The notes beneath the pieces are model-generated. The model was given only the letters and a program-made list of their open reading frames with translations, had not been told where the DNA came from and searched no databases. Source: Candidatus Binatia bacterium (GTDB lineage Bacteria; Desulfobacterota; Binatia; Bin18). From it: 64,000 nt of DNA. Every line of letters starts with the position of its first letter. Positions within the stretch are counted from its first letter, which is position 1. This document shows, one piece after another, positions 47,731 to 58,179 of this stretch. The DNA lies in assembly GCA_963664395.2 (NCBI GenBank), contig OY761159.2, positions 4,448,001-4,512,000 of the forward strand, written 5' to 3'. The position numbers and the translations under genes were made by a program.

Positions 47731-49403
47731 GGGCTGCTGCTGCTGCCGGCGAGCGCCACCGCGGCACCCGTCGCCACCCTTTGGGTCTCGCCCGCCTCCG
47801 CCGTTGGCGCGAAGGGCTCGGGGTTGGAGTTCTTCTGCAGGGTCAACGTCGTCAGCGTCGTGAGATCCTGGAAGACGTTCGCCCGCAGGCTGCTCAGGGC
47901 GTTGTTATTCAGGCACAACGTGTCCAGCGTGGTGAGCCCGTCAAAAATTCCCGCCGGCAGGCTGCTCAGGGCGTTGTATGACAGATTCAGGTCGTCCAGC
48001 GCGGTGAGCCCGGTGAACAGGCCCGCCGGCAGGCCTCTCAGGGTCAGGGCGTTGTTTTGCAGAGTCAGGCGCTCCAGCTCGGTGAGCCCGGCGAAGATAT
48101 TCGCCGGCAGGCTGCTCAGGGCGTTGTATGACAGATTCAGGTCGTCCAGCGCGGTGAGCCCGGTGAACAGGCCCGCCGGCAGGCCTCTCAGGGCGTTGTT
48201 TCGCAGAGTCAGCTGGTTCAGCGCAGTGAGCCCGGCGAAGTCGCCCGACTGGAGGCGGCTGATGCTCTGGTTACGCAAATTCAGGATCTCGAGGTCCGCC
48301 AGATGCGTCGCCGTCACGTTAGCGCACGTGGTGGCCGCCGTGGCTGCCACGATGGCGTCGCGCACTTGTTCCGTGCGGGCGCATATGCCGCCCGTCCGCG
48401 CCGGGTACAGCTTGCTCGTCCGCGCCTCGTCGAAGCCCGTATTGTCCTGGAACGCGACCCTGACCTTGAAATGCTTGCCCACGTCGGCGGCGACCAGGGT
48501 GTGGGTGCTGCTCGTCGCTCCGCTGATCTCGGTCTCGACCGCCATGTCGTCGACCCGTATCCACTGGTAGCTGTAGCTGACGCCGGCGAGCCCGTCGGCA
48601 TCGGAGATCCCCGTCGTCACGGCGGTCAGCGTATCCCCGACCATAGTGGCCGTGCCGGTGATGGTGGGCAGGCCCGTGGCCGGGATGTTCTTCGGGGTCG
48701 CGTTGACCGCGATTCGATACATGGAGCCAGTGCTTTGCCATGAGCGTTGAGAGGGTATGGGTGCGTACCGGTACGAGTACGAGTCGTCGTGAATCTCCCA
48801 CCCGGCCGCCGCGCCGGTGTCTTCGTCTGTCTCAGTGGTGGTGCCGATATTTACGCCTCTCCTATTAACGCCAATAATCGACCGACTCTTTATATCGATG
48901 GTCACGAAATACGCCGTGTTCGGCGTAAGATCGATCATCGTGCCGGTCGGAAGGGTGAAGGTCGCGGTTCCGGCGTGGGTTCTAGTGAAGAGCGGGTTGA
49001 CGAATGTCACCCAGTCGGTGCTGCTTGGGCGGTCCACGCTGCCCGTTTCCCTCGTCCGCAGACTGACCCTCAGGTCGGTGATGGTGGTGGGATCTCCGAA
49101 GCTGTCCATGTGGAGCTGCACGCTGGTCAGACTGTAGCCCGCCCGCTGCGGGCCGATTTGAAACCCTTGGGCACTGGCGAACGAACCTCTCTGTCGGAGC
49201 GTCGTCGTCCCCTGCCCCAGGTTGCTCACCAGGGTGGCAGCCTGCGCCGGGGCGGGCAGCGCCACGAGCAGCAGACCGAGCAGTATCCAGCCCGCCCGCA
49301 CCCCCCACAGGTGCTGACGGATGGGCGGCAATGTGCGGGAAAGTTGCGGTTCCCTAGCCCCGTGCCGTCCCGGCCACGAGCCGCCGGTCCAGAGATATAC
49401 CAT
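47520..49403 (-). CDS. N-terminal part of secreted LRR/Ig-like surface protein
   Basis: Signal LLVALPAPAQA; ATGLPTITG..DADGL..YQW module; GICART..TCA cap + ~6 LRRs; PKD-like domain. Confidence 0.82.
   Translation of the reverse strand: MVYLWTGGSWPGRHGAREPQLSRTLPPIRQHLWGVRAGWILLGLLLVALPAPAQAATLVSNLGQGTTTLRQRGSFASAQGFQIGPQRAGYSLTSVQLHMDSFGDPTTITDLRVSLRTRETGSVDRPSSTDWVTFVNPLFTRTHAGTATFTLPTGTMIDLTPNTAYFVTIDIKSRSIIGVNRRGVNIGTTTETDEDTGAAAGWEIHDDSYSYRYAPIPSQRSWQSTGSMYRIAVNATPKNIPATGLPTITGTATMVGDTLTAVTTGISDADGLAGVSYSYQWIRVDDMAVETEISGATSSTHTLVAADVGKHFKVRVAFQDNTGFDEARTSKLYPARTGGICARTEQVRDAIVAATAATTCANVTATHLADLEILNLRNQSISRLQSGDFAGLTALNQLTLRNNALRGLPAGLFTGLTALDDLNLSYNALSSLPANIFAGLTELERLTLQNNALTLRGLPAGLFTGLTALDDLNLSYNALSSLPAGIFDGLTTLDTLCLNNNALSSLRANVFQDLTTLTTLTLQKNSNPEPFAPTAEAGETQRVATGAAVALAGSSSSPWGTNVIYAWRQASGATVTLTGADTARPSFTAPSTAGDLAFTLTVTGRPLERPAPTPSRCRSSTPGPSRR
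47952..48193. repeat. Exact 92-bp duplication (150-bp period) within LRR coding region
   Basis: 47952-48043 = 48102-48193. Confidence 0.9.
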
Positions 49404-49462
49404 TCATTCTCCTCCGCTCTTTTTCTTGTACATGCTGTCTGTTTCCCTGCGGGCTTCCATTG

Positions 49463-49506
49463 CCATACAACATTCCGCCGCCCTTGTCCCTACCAAAATT
49501 AAGGGA
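49463..49506 (-). promoter_or_regulatory. Conserved upstream motif (copy 2)
   Basis: 34/44 identity to 4630-4673. Confidence 0.55.
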
Positions 49507-49822
49507 GTGACAGAAAAAATACGGAAAAAATGCGGGCGGACCGAACATACCTGGCCGGCCCCTCCTGGCTACGGGGAGAGGCCCCCTCGGCGGGCGGCGG
49601 AGCGGTGTGTTGTTTGCTCTATGCGGCAGGCGACCCGACACAGCGGCAGCCCGGGCAGAGCCTTTACAGGCAGACAGGGGGGGAGAAAGCAAAGGGCCGG
49701 GGTCGTTTGGGAGCGGACAACTCACAATGCCATGTAGCGGAATGGTCCCGTCCATTCCGGCGCAAGAACGTCACCCCTGTGAAAACGTGATCCGGCATGA
49801 CTACGGCTTATCGGGAAACGCT

Positions 49823-49947
49823 CTAACCGACAAAGAGCGTATAGGGTTTACCGTTCAGGTGGATGAGCTCTTGCGGCTCCAGCAGACGTTTTTCCTGAGA
49901 GAGCACCCGGCTGGCGATCTCCCGGTTAATGGCCGGCACCTGCTCCA
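49823..49947 (-). repeat. Displaced copy of NUDIX gene 3' end including stop (copy B; att-like)
   Basis: 125-bp ungapped match to 53072-53196; 8 synonymous and 2 non-synonymous codon differences, different stop. Confidence 0.93.
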
Positions 49948-49985
49948 GGAGTACGCTCCTCCTGCCCGCCCAAGCCCTACGGCGG

Positions 49986-52900
49986 TTACGGCCCCATCTC
50001 CTCCGGGCCATGCGAGACAATGACAAAATTCTGACTGTTCTGCTGCCACTCCAGCGTCACCGTCTCCCCAGGCATCGGAAAATCGTCTACCACACATTTC
50101 CCCTCGGCCCCCCGCAGAAACTCCTCCTCTTCCCCCTCCCCCACGGTCGTCACCCGTACCGTCGCCCGGCCCAATTCCATATCGTCTACATAGGCCACCA
50201 CCGTATGCTCCCCATCGCCCAAGCGGTTCCAGTTGAACAGCAATCCAAAGCCGTTGTCCGTGTCGCCACACACCGCTTGGGTGTCCAAGCGCTCCGTCCC
50301 ATACGCCGCCACCTGCCGCTCAACCTCTCCCCTCTCGGTCTCGATCTCTATCTCCACCTCCTCGGCTGCACACACCCAGCCCGAGAGCACCCCAATCCCA
50401 CTCTGAAACGAATTCGGCCCCGGGTTCTCCAGATACCCTATGTCGGCTGCCCCGGTCCGGTTGTTGCCGGTCCGGTTGTTGCCGGTCGGCGCAGCTCCGT
50501 CCGTGAGCACGAAGTTCTGACGCGGCTGTTGCCACCTCAGCGTCACCTGCTCCCCAGACATCGGGAAGTCTTCAACCACGCATTCCCCCGCCACATCCCG
50601 CAGAAACGCCTCGCCCAGCGTCGTCACCGTTACCGTGGCCCGGCCCACCTCCACGCCATCCACCACGGCCACCACAGTATGCGTCCCATCGCCCAGCAGA
50701 TTCCAGTTGAACAACAGCCCAAAGCCGTTGTCCGTGTCCCCACAGATATTTTCCGTATCCCCCCGCTCCGTCCTGTAGGCCGCCGGCTGCGAACTGCCGT
50801 TGATCGCTATCTCCACCTCCTCCGCCTCGCACACCCAGCCCGACAGCACCCCAATGCCGCTCTGGAAAGAGTCCGGCCCCGGATTCTCCAGATACCCGAC
50901 CACCAGGGCCGTCGCTAAGGTATACGCTCCGGTCCGGCTCCCATTGCCTTCGACGGCGACCAGGACCGGCCCCGCGGCTACGCGCACGCTCAGCCAAAAG
51001 TTCCGCCGCTCCCCGCCACTGGCCGCCCTCGCCACCTCCTCGCCGTCTTGCCAGACTGTACCTACGGTATCGGTCGATCCGCTCGTCTCCACCACCAATA
51101 CCCCGGCCTGGGGCAGGGTAATCTCGAAGTAATCGATATCGTCCGCCGTGTTGATCTGCCCAGCCGTGGACGACGCCCAGGGGGCAGACTCGCCGAGCAG
51201 GACCGTCGTCGCTTGCGCGGGCGTGTCGCCATGCCGGTCGCGACTGCCGCCGCCGCCCCCTCCTCCACCGGACGGTGGCGGCGGGGGCGGCGGTGGCGGC
51301 GGGGGCGGTGGCGGTGGGGGCGGTGGGCGAACGGGAACGATCTTGAGTATCTTGTCCTGGCCATTACCGTTCGAGGTGGAGACATACAGCGCACCGGCAG
51401 GGCCGAGCATGGGCGTCCGCAGCCGACCGTGCGTATTGTCGAGTTCAGGCACGACCACTTGACTCACGAAGGTGCCATCATCAGTGAACTCGAAGACACG
51501 CAGCGACTTATTCTCGAGCGTGGCCACTGCCAGTCGTCCCTCCCACTCGCCCCAGCCGTTCCCCTCCAGAAAGATGCCGCCACCGGTGGCCAGGGTCGGG
51601 TCCCCCGACGACCACTTGGCCGCAATGGCGTTGGGGAACTTCACGAGGTCGGTCATGGGGACGCTTTCGTTGTATCCGGGCACGGGGTCCCAGCCATAGT
51701 TGCTACCGGCGACCAGCAGGTTGATCTCGTCATCAATTGTCGGGCCGTGCTCTACCGACCACATCTGGCGCGTGCCGGGTCGCAGCGCCAAACCCTGTAC
51801 GTTCCGGTGGCCATAGGTGTAAATCAGCGGTGAAGAAGCGAACGGGTTCCCCGGCGCCCCGGCACCCGTCGATGCGTCCACCCGCAGAACCTTTCCGCCG
51901 AGCGAATTCAGATTCTGCGGGGTCGTCCCGACTGCTGCGTCACCGGTTGCGATCCACAGATAGCCGTCTGGGCCGAAACGCAATCGGCAGCCGCCGTGCC
52001 GGCCAGAAGTAGCAGAGGCGGGGATGCCGCCAACGAGAGGATCGACGCTTCGGGTGGCCGCAGTGTATGCGGCGTTAAGGGTCCAGGCAATCACCTGCAC
52101 TTCCGGCCCGGTGTGGGCCTGACAGGTGTAGAAGCGTCGGTTAGAGGCGAAATCCGGATCGACGATAATCGCCATCAACCCAGATTCTCCCAAGACGAAC
52201 AGGTCACTGAAGTCGGCGGTGACGGTCTGGACCGTGCCGTCGGTGAGTCGGCCACTCAACTTGCCTCCCCGCTCGGTGAACAGCATCGTCCCGTCGGGCG
52301 TAAAGGCGAGATCCCAGGGAATGTTGAGGCCGGAGACGAGCGTCGTGACCGTGATCTCCGGCGCTACCGCCTGGAGCGTGAAGGTCAGCGTCGCGACCGG
52401 CTCGTTCGAGAACTTTCCTATCCCCTTGATGCTGGTGATCGTACCTTGCGGCGAGGTGGCGGTGTTGTTCAGCGAGAACTCCGTGCCCTCCTCCGTCCCC
52501 GCGTCGTACGGAAACAGCTCTACCGTCTTTGATGCCAGCCAGTCTCCCTGCGCGTCGAGCAGGGACAGTCCGGAGACGCCGGCAAACCAGTCCGGGCTCG
52601 GGGCAATCATCGTAACCAGGGTCACTCGGGGATAAGTGGCAGTGACCGTAAAGTCGACCGTGGCAGCCACAGTCCCCCCGGATGGGATGGATTGCTCAAT
52701 GACGGCGCCCGCATTGGAACCAGCGGCGGTGATCTCGGCCTTGAGGGCACTCGTGCCCCCCACTTCTGCCATGCTCTCGATCCCGGCACTGGCCGTGCCG
52801 CCACTACTCCAGAAGATGACCTGGTCGTTGTGGACGGCACCGACCAACGGCGAGAAATGCGCCCCGGAGGGCACCCCGTAGGGGGTCGCAGTGGTGGTCC

Positions 52901-53009
52901 ATTTGCCCTCAAAGGTCACCTGATAGGTGGCCGATTGCGCGTGGGCAATGGCGGCCTGCCCCACAATCAGCAGGAGAGCAAAAGTCACGAGCAGCATGTT
53001 TTTGTTCAT
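49986..53009 (-). CDS. Secreted spondin_N + PQQ-dependent sugar dehydrogenase (GSDH) + PPC-like + 2x conserved C-terminal domain protein
   Basis: HFSP, MIAPSPDWFAG, YDAGTE (spondin); PWDLAF, RHGG.RL.FGPDG, GHRNVQG, DEIN (GSDH); poly-Pro linker. Confidence 0.9.
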   Translation of the reverse strand: MNKNMLLVTFALLLIVGQAAIAHAQSATYQVTFEGKWTTTATPYGVPSGAHFSPLVGAVHNDQVIFWSSGGTASAGIESMAEVGGTSALKAEITAAGSNAGAVIEQSIPSGGTVAATVDFTVTATYPRVTLVTMIAPSPDWFAGVSGLSLLDAQGDWLASKTVELFPYDAGTEEGTEFSLNNTATSPQGTITSIKGIGKFSNEPVATLTFTLQAVAPEITVTTLVSGLNIPWDLAFTPDGTMLFTERGGKLSGRLTDGTVQTVTADFSDLFVLGESGLMAIIVDPDFASNRRFYTCQAHTGPEVQVIAWTLNAAYTAATRSVDPLVGGIPASATSGRHGGCRLRFGPDGYLWIATGDAAVGTTPQNLNSLGGKVLRVDASTGAGAPGNPFASSPLIYTYGHRNVQGLALRPGTRQMWSVEHGPTIDDEINLLVAGSNYGWDPVPGYNESVPMTDLVKFPNAIAAKWSSGDPTLATGGGIFLEGNGWGEWEGRLAVATLENKSLRVFEFTDDGTFVSQVVVPELDNTHGRLRTPMLGPAGALYVSTSNGNGQDKILKIVPVRPPPPPPPPPPPPPPPPPPSGGGGGGGGSRDRHGDTPAQATTVLLGESAPWASSTAGQINTADDIDYFEITLPQAGVLVVETSGSTDTVGTVWQDGEEVARAASGGERRNFWLSVRVAAGPVLVAVEGNGSRTGAYTLATALVVGYLENPGPDSFQSGIGVLSGWVCEAEEVEIAINGSSQPAAYRTERGDTENICGDTDNGFGLLFNWNLLGDGTHTVVAVVDGVEVGRATVTVTTLGEAFLRDVAGECVVEDFPMSGEQVTLRWQQPRQNFVLTDGAAPTGNNRTGNNRTGAADIGYLENPGPNSFQSGIGVLSGWVCAAEEVEIEIETERGEVERQVAAYGTERLDTQAVCGDTDNGFGLLFNWNRLGDGEHTVVAYVDDMELGRATVRVTTVGEGEEEEFLRGAEGKCVVDDFPMPGETVTLEWQQNSQNFVIVSHGPEEMGP

Positions 53010-53071
53010 GGGTGTATTGAGAGAACCGACTATTCTCCAACAGAATCGGAGCACTATCGAAGGCATAGCCA

Positions 53072-53560
53072 TCAGCCAACAAAGAGCGTGTAGGGTTTGC
53101 CGTTCAGATGGATAAGCTCTTGCGGCAGCAGCAGGCATTTTTCCTGAGAGAGCACCCGGCTGGCGATTTCCCGGTTAATGGCCGGTACCTGCTCCAACCG
53201 TTCAATCTGTTCCAGGGTCAGATACTCGGCGCGGTCAACCTCTTCCATATCGGGTGTGGGCTCACCGCTCAGCGGCGTCATCAGCAGGACGATATACAGA
53301 CTGTTGCCAATGTCGGGATCACACCGATTGCGCAGGCCAATGACGCCTTGCACCTCCCCGGTCACGCCGGCTTCCTCCCGGACCTCACGCACAACGGCCT
53401 GCTCAATGGTTTCGTCCGGCTCGACAAAGCCGCCCGGCACCTGCCAGTTCCCCCTGCCCCGCCGTGAGGCCCGACGCACGAGCAGGAGACGCTTGTCACG
53501 CACGACCGCACCACCAACGCCAAGGTTGTAACCGCGGTTATACCGTTCGGGGATGGGCAT
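53072..53560 (-). CDS. NUDIX hydrolase
   Basis: Nudix box GGFVEPDETIEQAVVREVREEAG. Confidence 0.95.
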   Translation of the reverse strand: MPIPERYNRGYNLGVGGAVVRDKRLLLVRRASRRGRGNWQVPGGFVEPDETIEQAVVREVREEAGVTGEVQGVIGLRNRCDPDIGNSLYIVLLMTPLSGEPTPDMEEVDRAEYLTLEQIERLEQVPAINREIASRVLSQEKCLLLPQELIHLNGKPYTLFVG

Positions 53561-53598
53561 AAAAATGAAGCGGGAGACGTAGGCTTCTCCCGGTAGAA

Positions 53599-54381
53599 TT
53601 ACGAAAGCACCATGGGCAGCCCGAGGTACTCGTTATACATAAAGTCCCGATGTTCGATCAGAGCTGGGTCGAGCGCTTTTTCAATCGCCGGATTCGGGAA
53701 CTCGAAGGCGGCGCGTAACACCTCAAGAATATTACAATGTTCGGGCGGAAGGGGTTTCATGAGGGCGCAAAACGTTGCCCAATAGAAGTCCAGGGCCGTG
53801 ACGTGTTCACCCATGAGGAAGCGATTGCCTTGTGCCTGCTCAGCTTTGAGGCGAGCGGACAGGAGAGTCAGAATATCCGTGGCCCGCTTGGTTGCCTCCG
53901 GTCCGACGCCGGGTCGATAGCCGTATTTTGCGCCCAGGTAGTGACCCATCTCGGCGGGAATGGGATAGTCCACAGCCGGGTCTATGGCGGCATCGCACAT
54001 CATGAGGCGAAGTACCCAGCCCAGGCCCATTTCCCCGCAGATTTCATGCGAAAGCCCGAACATCAGCGCACGTTGCTCCGGGTCAGCCGGGATGAGACTC
54101 GGTTCGGGTTGGAGACGTTCGAGCAAGAGCAGGATTTCCGCCCAGCCGGACCGCGGCGCTTCGTCTTCATACATGGCGGACGGCGCACTGTCCTCGCCCG
54201 TCCACTCGACCAGGGCTTTATTGGCCGGATCACCAGAATTGTAGAGTGTTGCGGTAAAGGGAATATTTTTGACCTTCAACATGCCTTTGACCGCTTCGCC
54301 CCACGGGCTCGGCGCATTGGCCACAAACGTCAGGCGCAGACCCGATGCCTGCTTCGCTTCTTCCAGACTCACAAACTGCAT
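53599..54381 (-). CDS. Glutathione S-transferase-like protein
   Basis: SPWGEAVKG.L.VK.IPF, PEPSLIP, FLMG..VTALDFYWA; paralog of 18632-19411. Confidence 0.75.
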   Translation of the reverse strand: MQFVSLEEAKQASGLRLTFVANAPSPWGEAVKGMLKVKNIPFTATLYNSGDPANKALVEWTGEDSAPSAMYEDEAPRSGWAEILLLLERLQPEPSLIPADPEQRALMFGLSHEICGEMGLGWVLRLMMCDAAIDPAVDYPIPAEMGHYLGAKYGYRPGVGPEATKRATDILTLLSARLKAEQAQGNRFLMGEHVTALDFYWATFCALMKPLPPEHCNILEVLRAAFEFPNPAIEKALDPALIEHRDFMYNEYLGLPMVLS

Positions 54382-54491
54382 ACTATCCTCCTTCGCTTCA
54401 TTCGGATGACGCGGCATTCTACCGGAATGGCGCGTCACGCGCGACACGTGGAGGCTTGATCTCCATCTCTCCCGCCGTTAGCTTCGAGCCC

Positions 54492-55025
54492 ATGCCAACA
54501 CCGGCCATTACGCGCAACCCGTTGTCCTGGTTTTTGCTTCTCGGCTTGATCCTCAGCGGATTTTTGACCTGGCTGATTTACTATAAGCCGGCGGCCACGG
54601 CAGAGGGAGAGTGGGTGACGTATCTCCCGGCGGCCAACTCCTGCTTCAATGCCCTGTGTGCTTGCTGTTTGACTGCGGGGTTTGTCAATATCAAACGCGG
54701 TAACCGGGAACGACACATGCGCTGCATGCTGGCCGCGCTTGTGTTCTCAGTCCTCTTTCTGGCGAGTTATATCGTCTATCACCATTTTCATGGCGATACC
54801 GCTTTTCCCGGCCAGGGGCCGATTCGTCTGCTGTATTTTTTCATCTTGATCAGCCACATCGTCCTCTCCGTTGTCGCCCTGCCCCTGGTCTTTACGACCT
54901 TATACTATGCGGCCCGCGGCCAGTTTGAGTCACACAAAAAGATAGCCCGCTATACCTTCCCGATCTGGCTCTATGTCTCGGTCACCGGCGTGCTCGTTTT
55001 CTTTTTTCTCAGAGCCTATACGTGA
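54492..55025 (+). CDS. DUF420 (YozB/CtaM-like) membrane protein
   Basis: LPA.N..FN, H.R.ML.A, LFL.SY..YH, ILISHI.L, HKKIARYTFPIWLYVSVTG. Confidence 0.92.
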   Translation: MPTPAITRNPLSWFLLLGLILSGFLTWLIYYKPAATAEGEWVTYLPAANSCFNALCACCLTAGFVNIKRGNRERHMRCMLAALVFSVLFLASYIVYHHFHGDTAFPGQGPIRLLYFFILISHIVLSVVALPLVFTTLYYAARGQFESHKKIARYTFPIWLYVSVTGVLVFFFLRAYT

Positions 55026-55026
55026 G

Positions 55027-55225
55027 TAGGGGCAACCCACCCCGGCCCTTCGGGCCACCCTCTCCCACAGGGGGCGAGGGTAAAAAAAGCCCTTCTCCCG
55101 CTGGGAGAGGGGTTGGAGTGAAGGCAAAGCCGCCTGCCAGCCGTCGGGCAATCTAATTTGCATCACCCCTCCTTGGAGGCCTGTCCTGAGCCCAGTCGAA
55201 GGGGCGGGGTGGGTTGTCCCCTGCC
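55027..55225. repeat. Cluster of REP-like palindromes including chimeric units
   Basis: 55027-55125 pair; 55165-55225 contains gtcctgagcccagtcgaagg. Confidence 0.75.
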
Positions 55226-55250
55226 CGCATGCACGGTCGCCGCGCTCCTC

Positions 55251-57758
<2,508 letters not shown>

Positions 57759-57775
57759 GGCGTCACTTTAACCCC

Positions 57776-57809
57776 ATCCTGCCACGTATGCCCCCCTAAA
57801 ATGGGAGGA
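57776..57809 (-). promoter_or_regulatory. Conserved upstream motif (copy 3)
   Basis: atcctgcc..cccccctaaaatgggagga vs atcccgcc..cccccctaaaattagagga at 4639-4673. Confidence 0.45.
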
Positions 57810-57819
57810 ATCGCCGCAC

Positions 57820-58075
57820 TGGCGGGACCGTATCTGGCCGAGGCGGGCTTCTCCGGGGCGTGGTGGCGGCAGGTGGGCGAGACCATCAACGGCCATCTCA
57901 TCCGCACCTTTGGCTTACACTTTCCGGGGGCACGCACGAAACGCGGCCTCCTCACCCACATCGCGGCCAAGCTGCTCGCTGTTAATGTCGGGCTCTGGCT
58001 CAATCTCCTCATCTTCGGCCGGCCCCCTTGGGCCTTTGCCACCCTCTTCCCCTGCTAATAATTCACATCACACGT
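57820..58075 (+). mobile_element. Internally deleted IS982-family transposase remnant with putative right end
   Basis: GPYLAEAGFSG..W joined to RQVGETINGHL..FGL.FP.ART.RGLL..IAAK..A.N.G.WLN..FGRP; end attcacatcacacgt. Confidence 0.7.
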
Positions 58076-58096
58076 CCACGGAGGGGAGCGGAACAT

Positions 58097-58150
58097 ATCC
58101 CCTCTTGAGAGGCCTGTCCTGAGCCCAGTCGAAGCGGCGGGGTAGGTTGT
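58097..58150. repeat. Chimeric REP-like palindrome
   Basis: Near-identical to 55165-55215. Confidence 0.75.
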
Positions 58151-58179
58151 CGGGTCCCACCGGCTTGCAACGCAGGCGG

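Noticed and set aside
49823-50026. 67-aa ORF as an independent gene
   Set aside because: Its C-terminal 40 residues are the displaced NUDIX 3' end; the Nudix box is absent.
57784-57800. acgtatg as the left inverted repeat of a MITE
   Set aside because: The match to the right end is only ~4 bp, no target duplication is seen, and the segment is better explained by the shared upstream motif.
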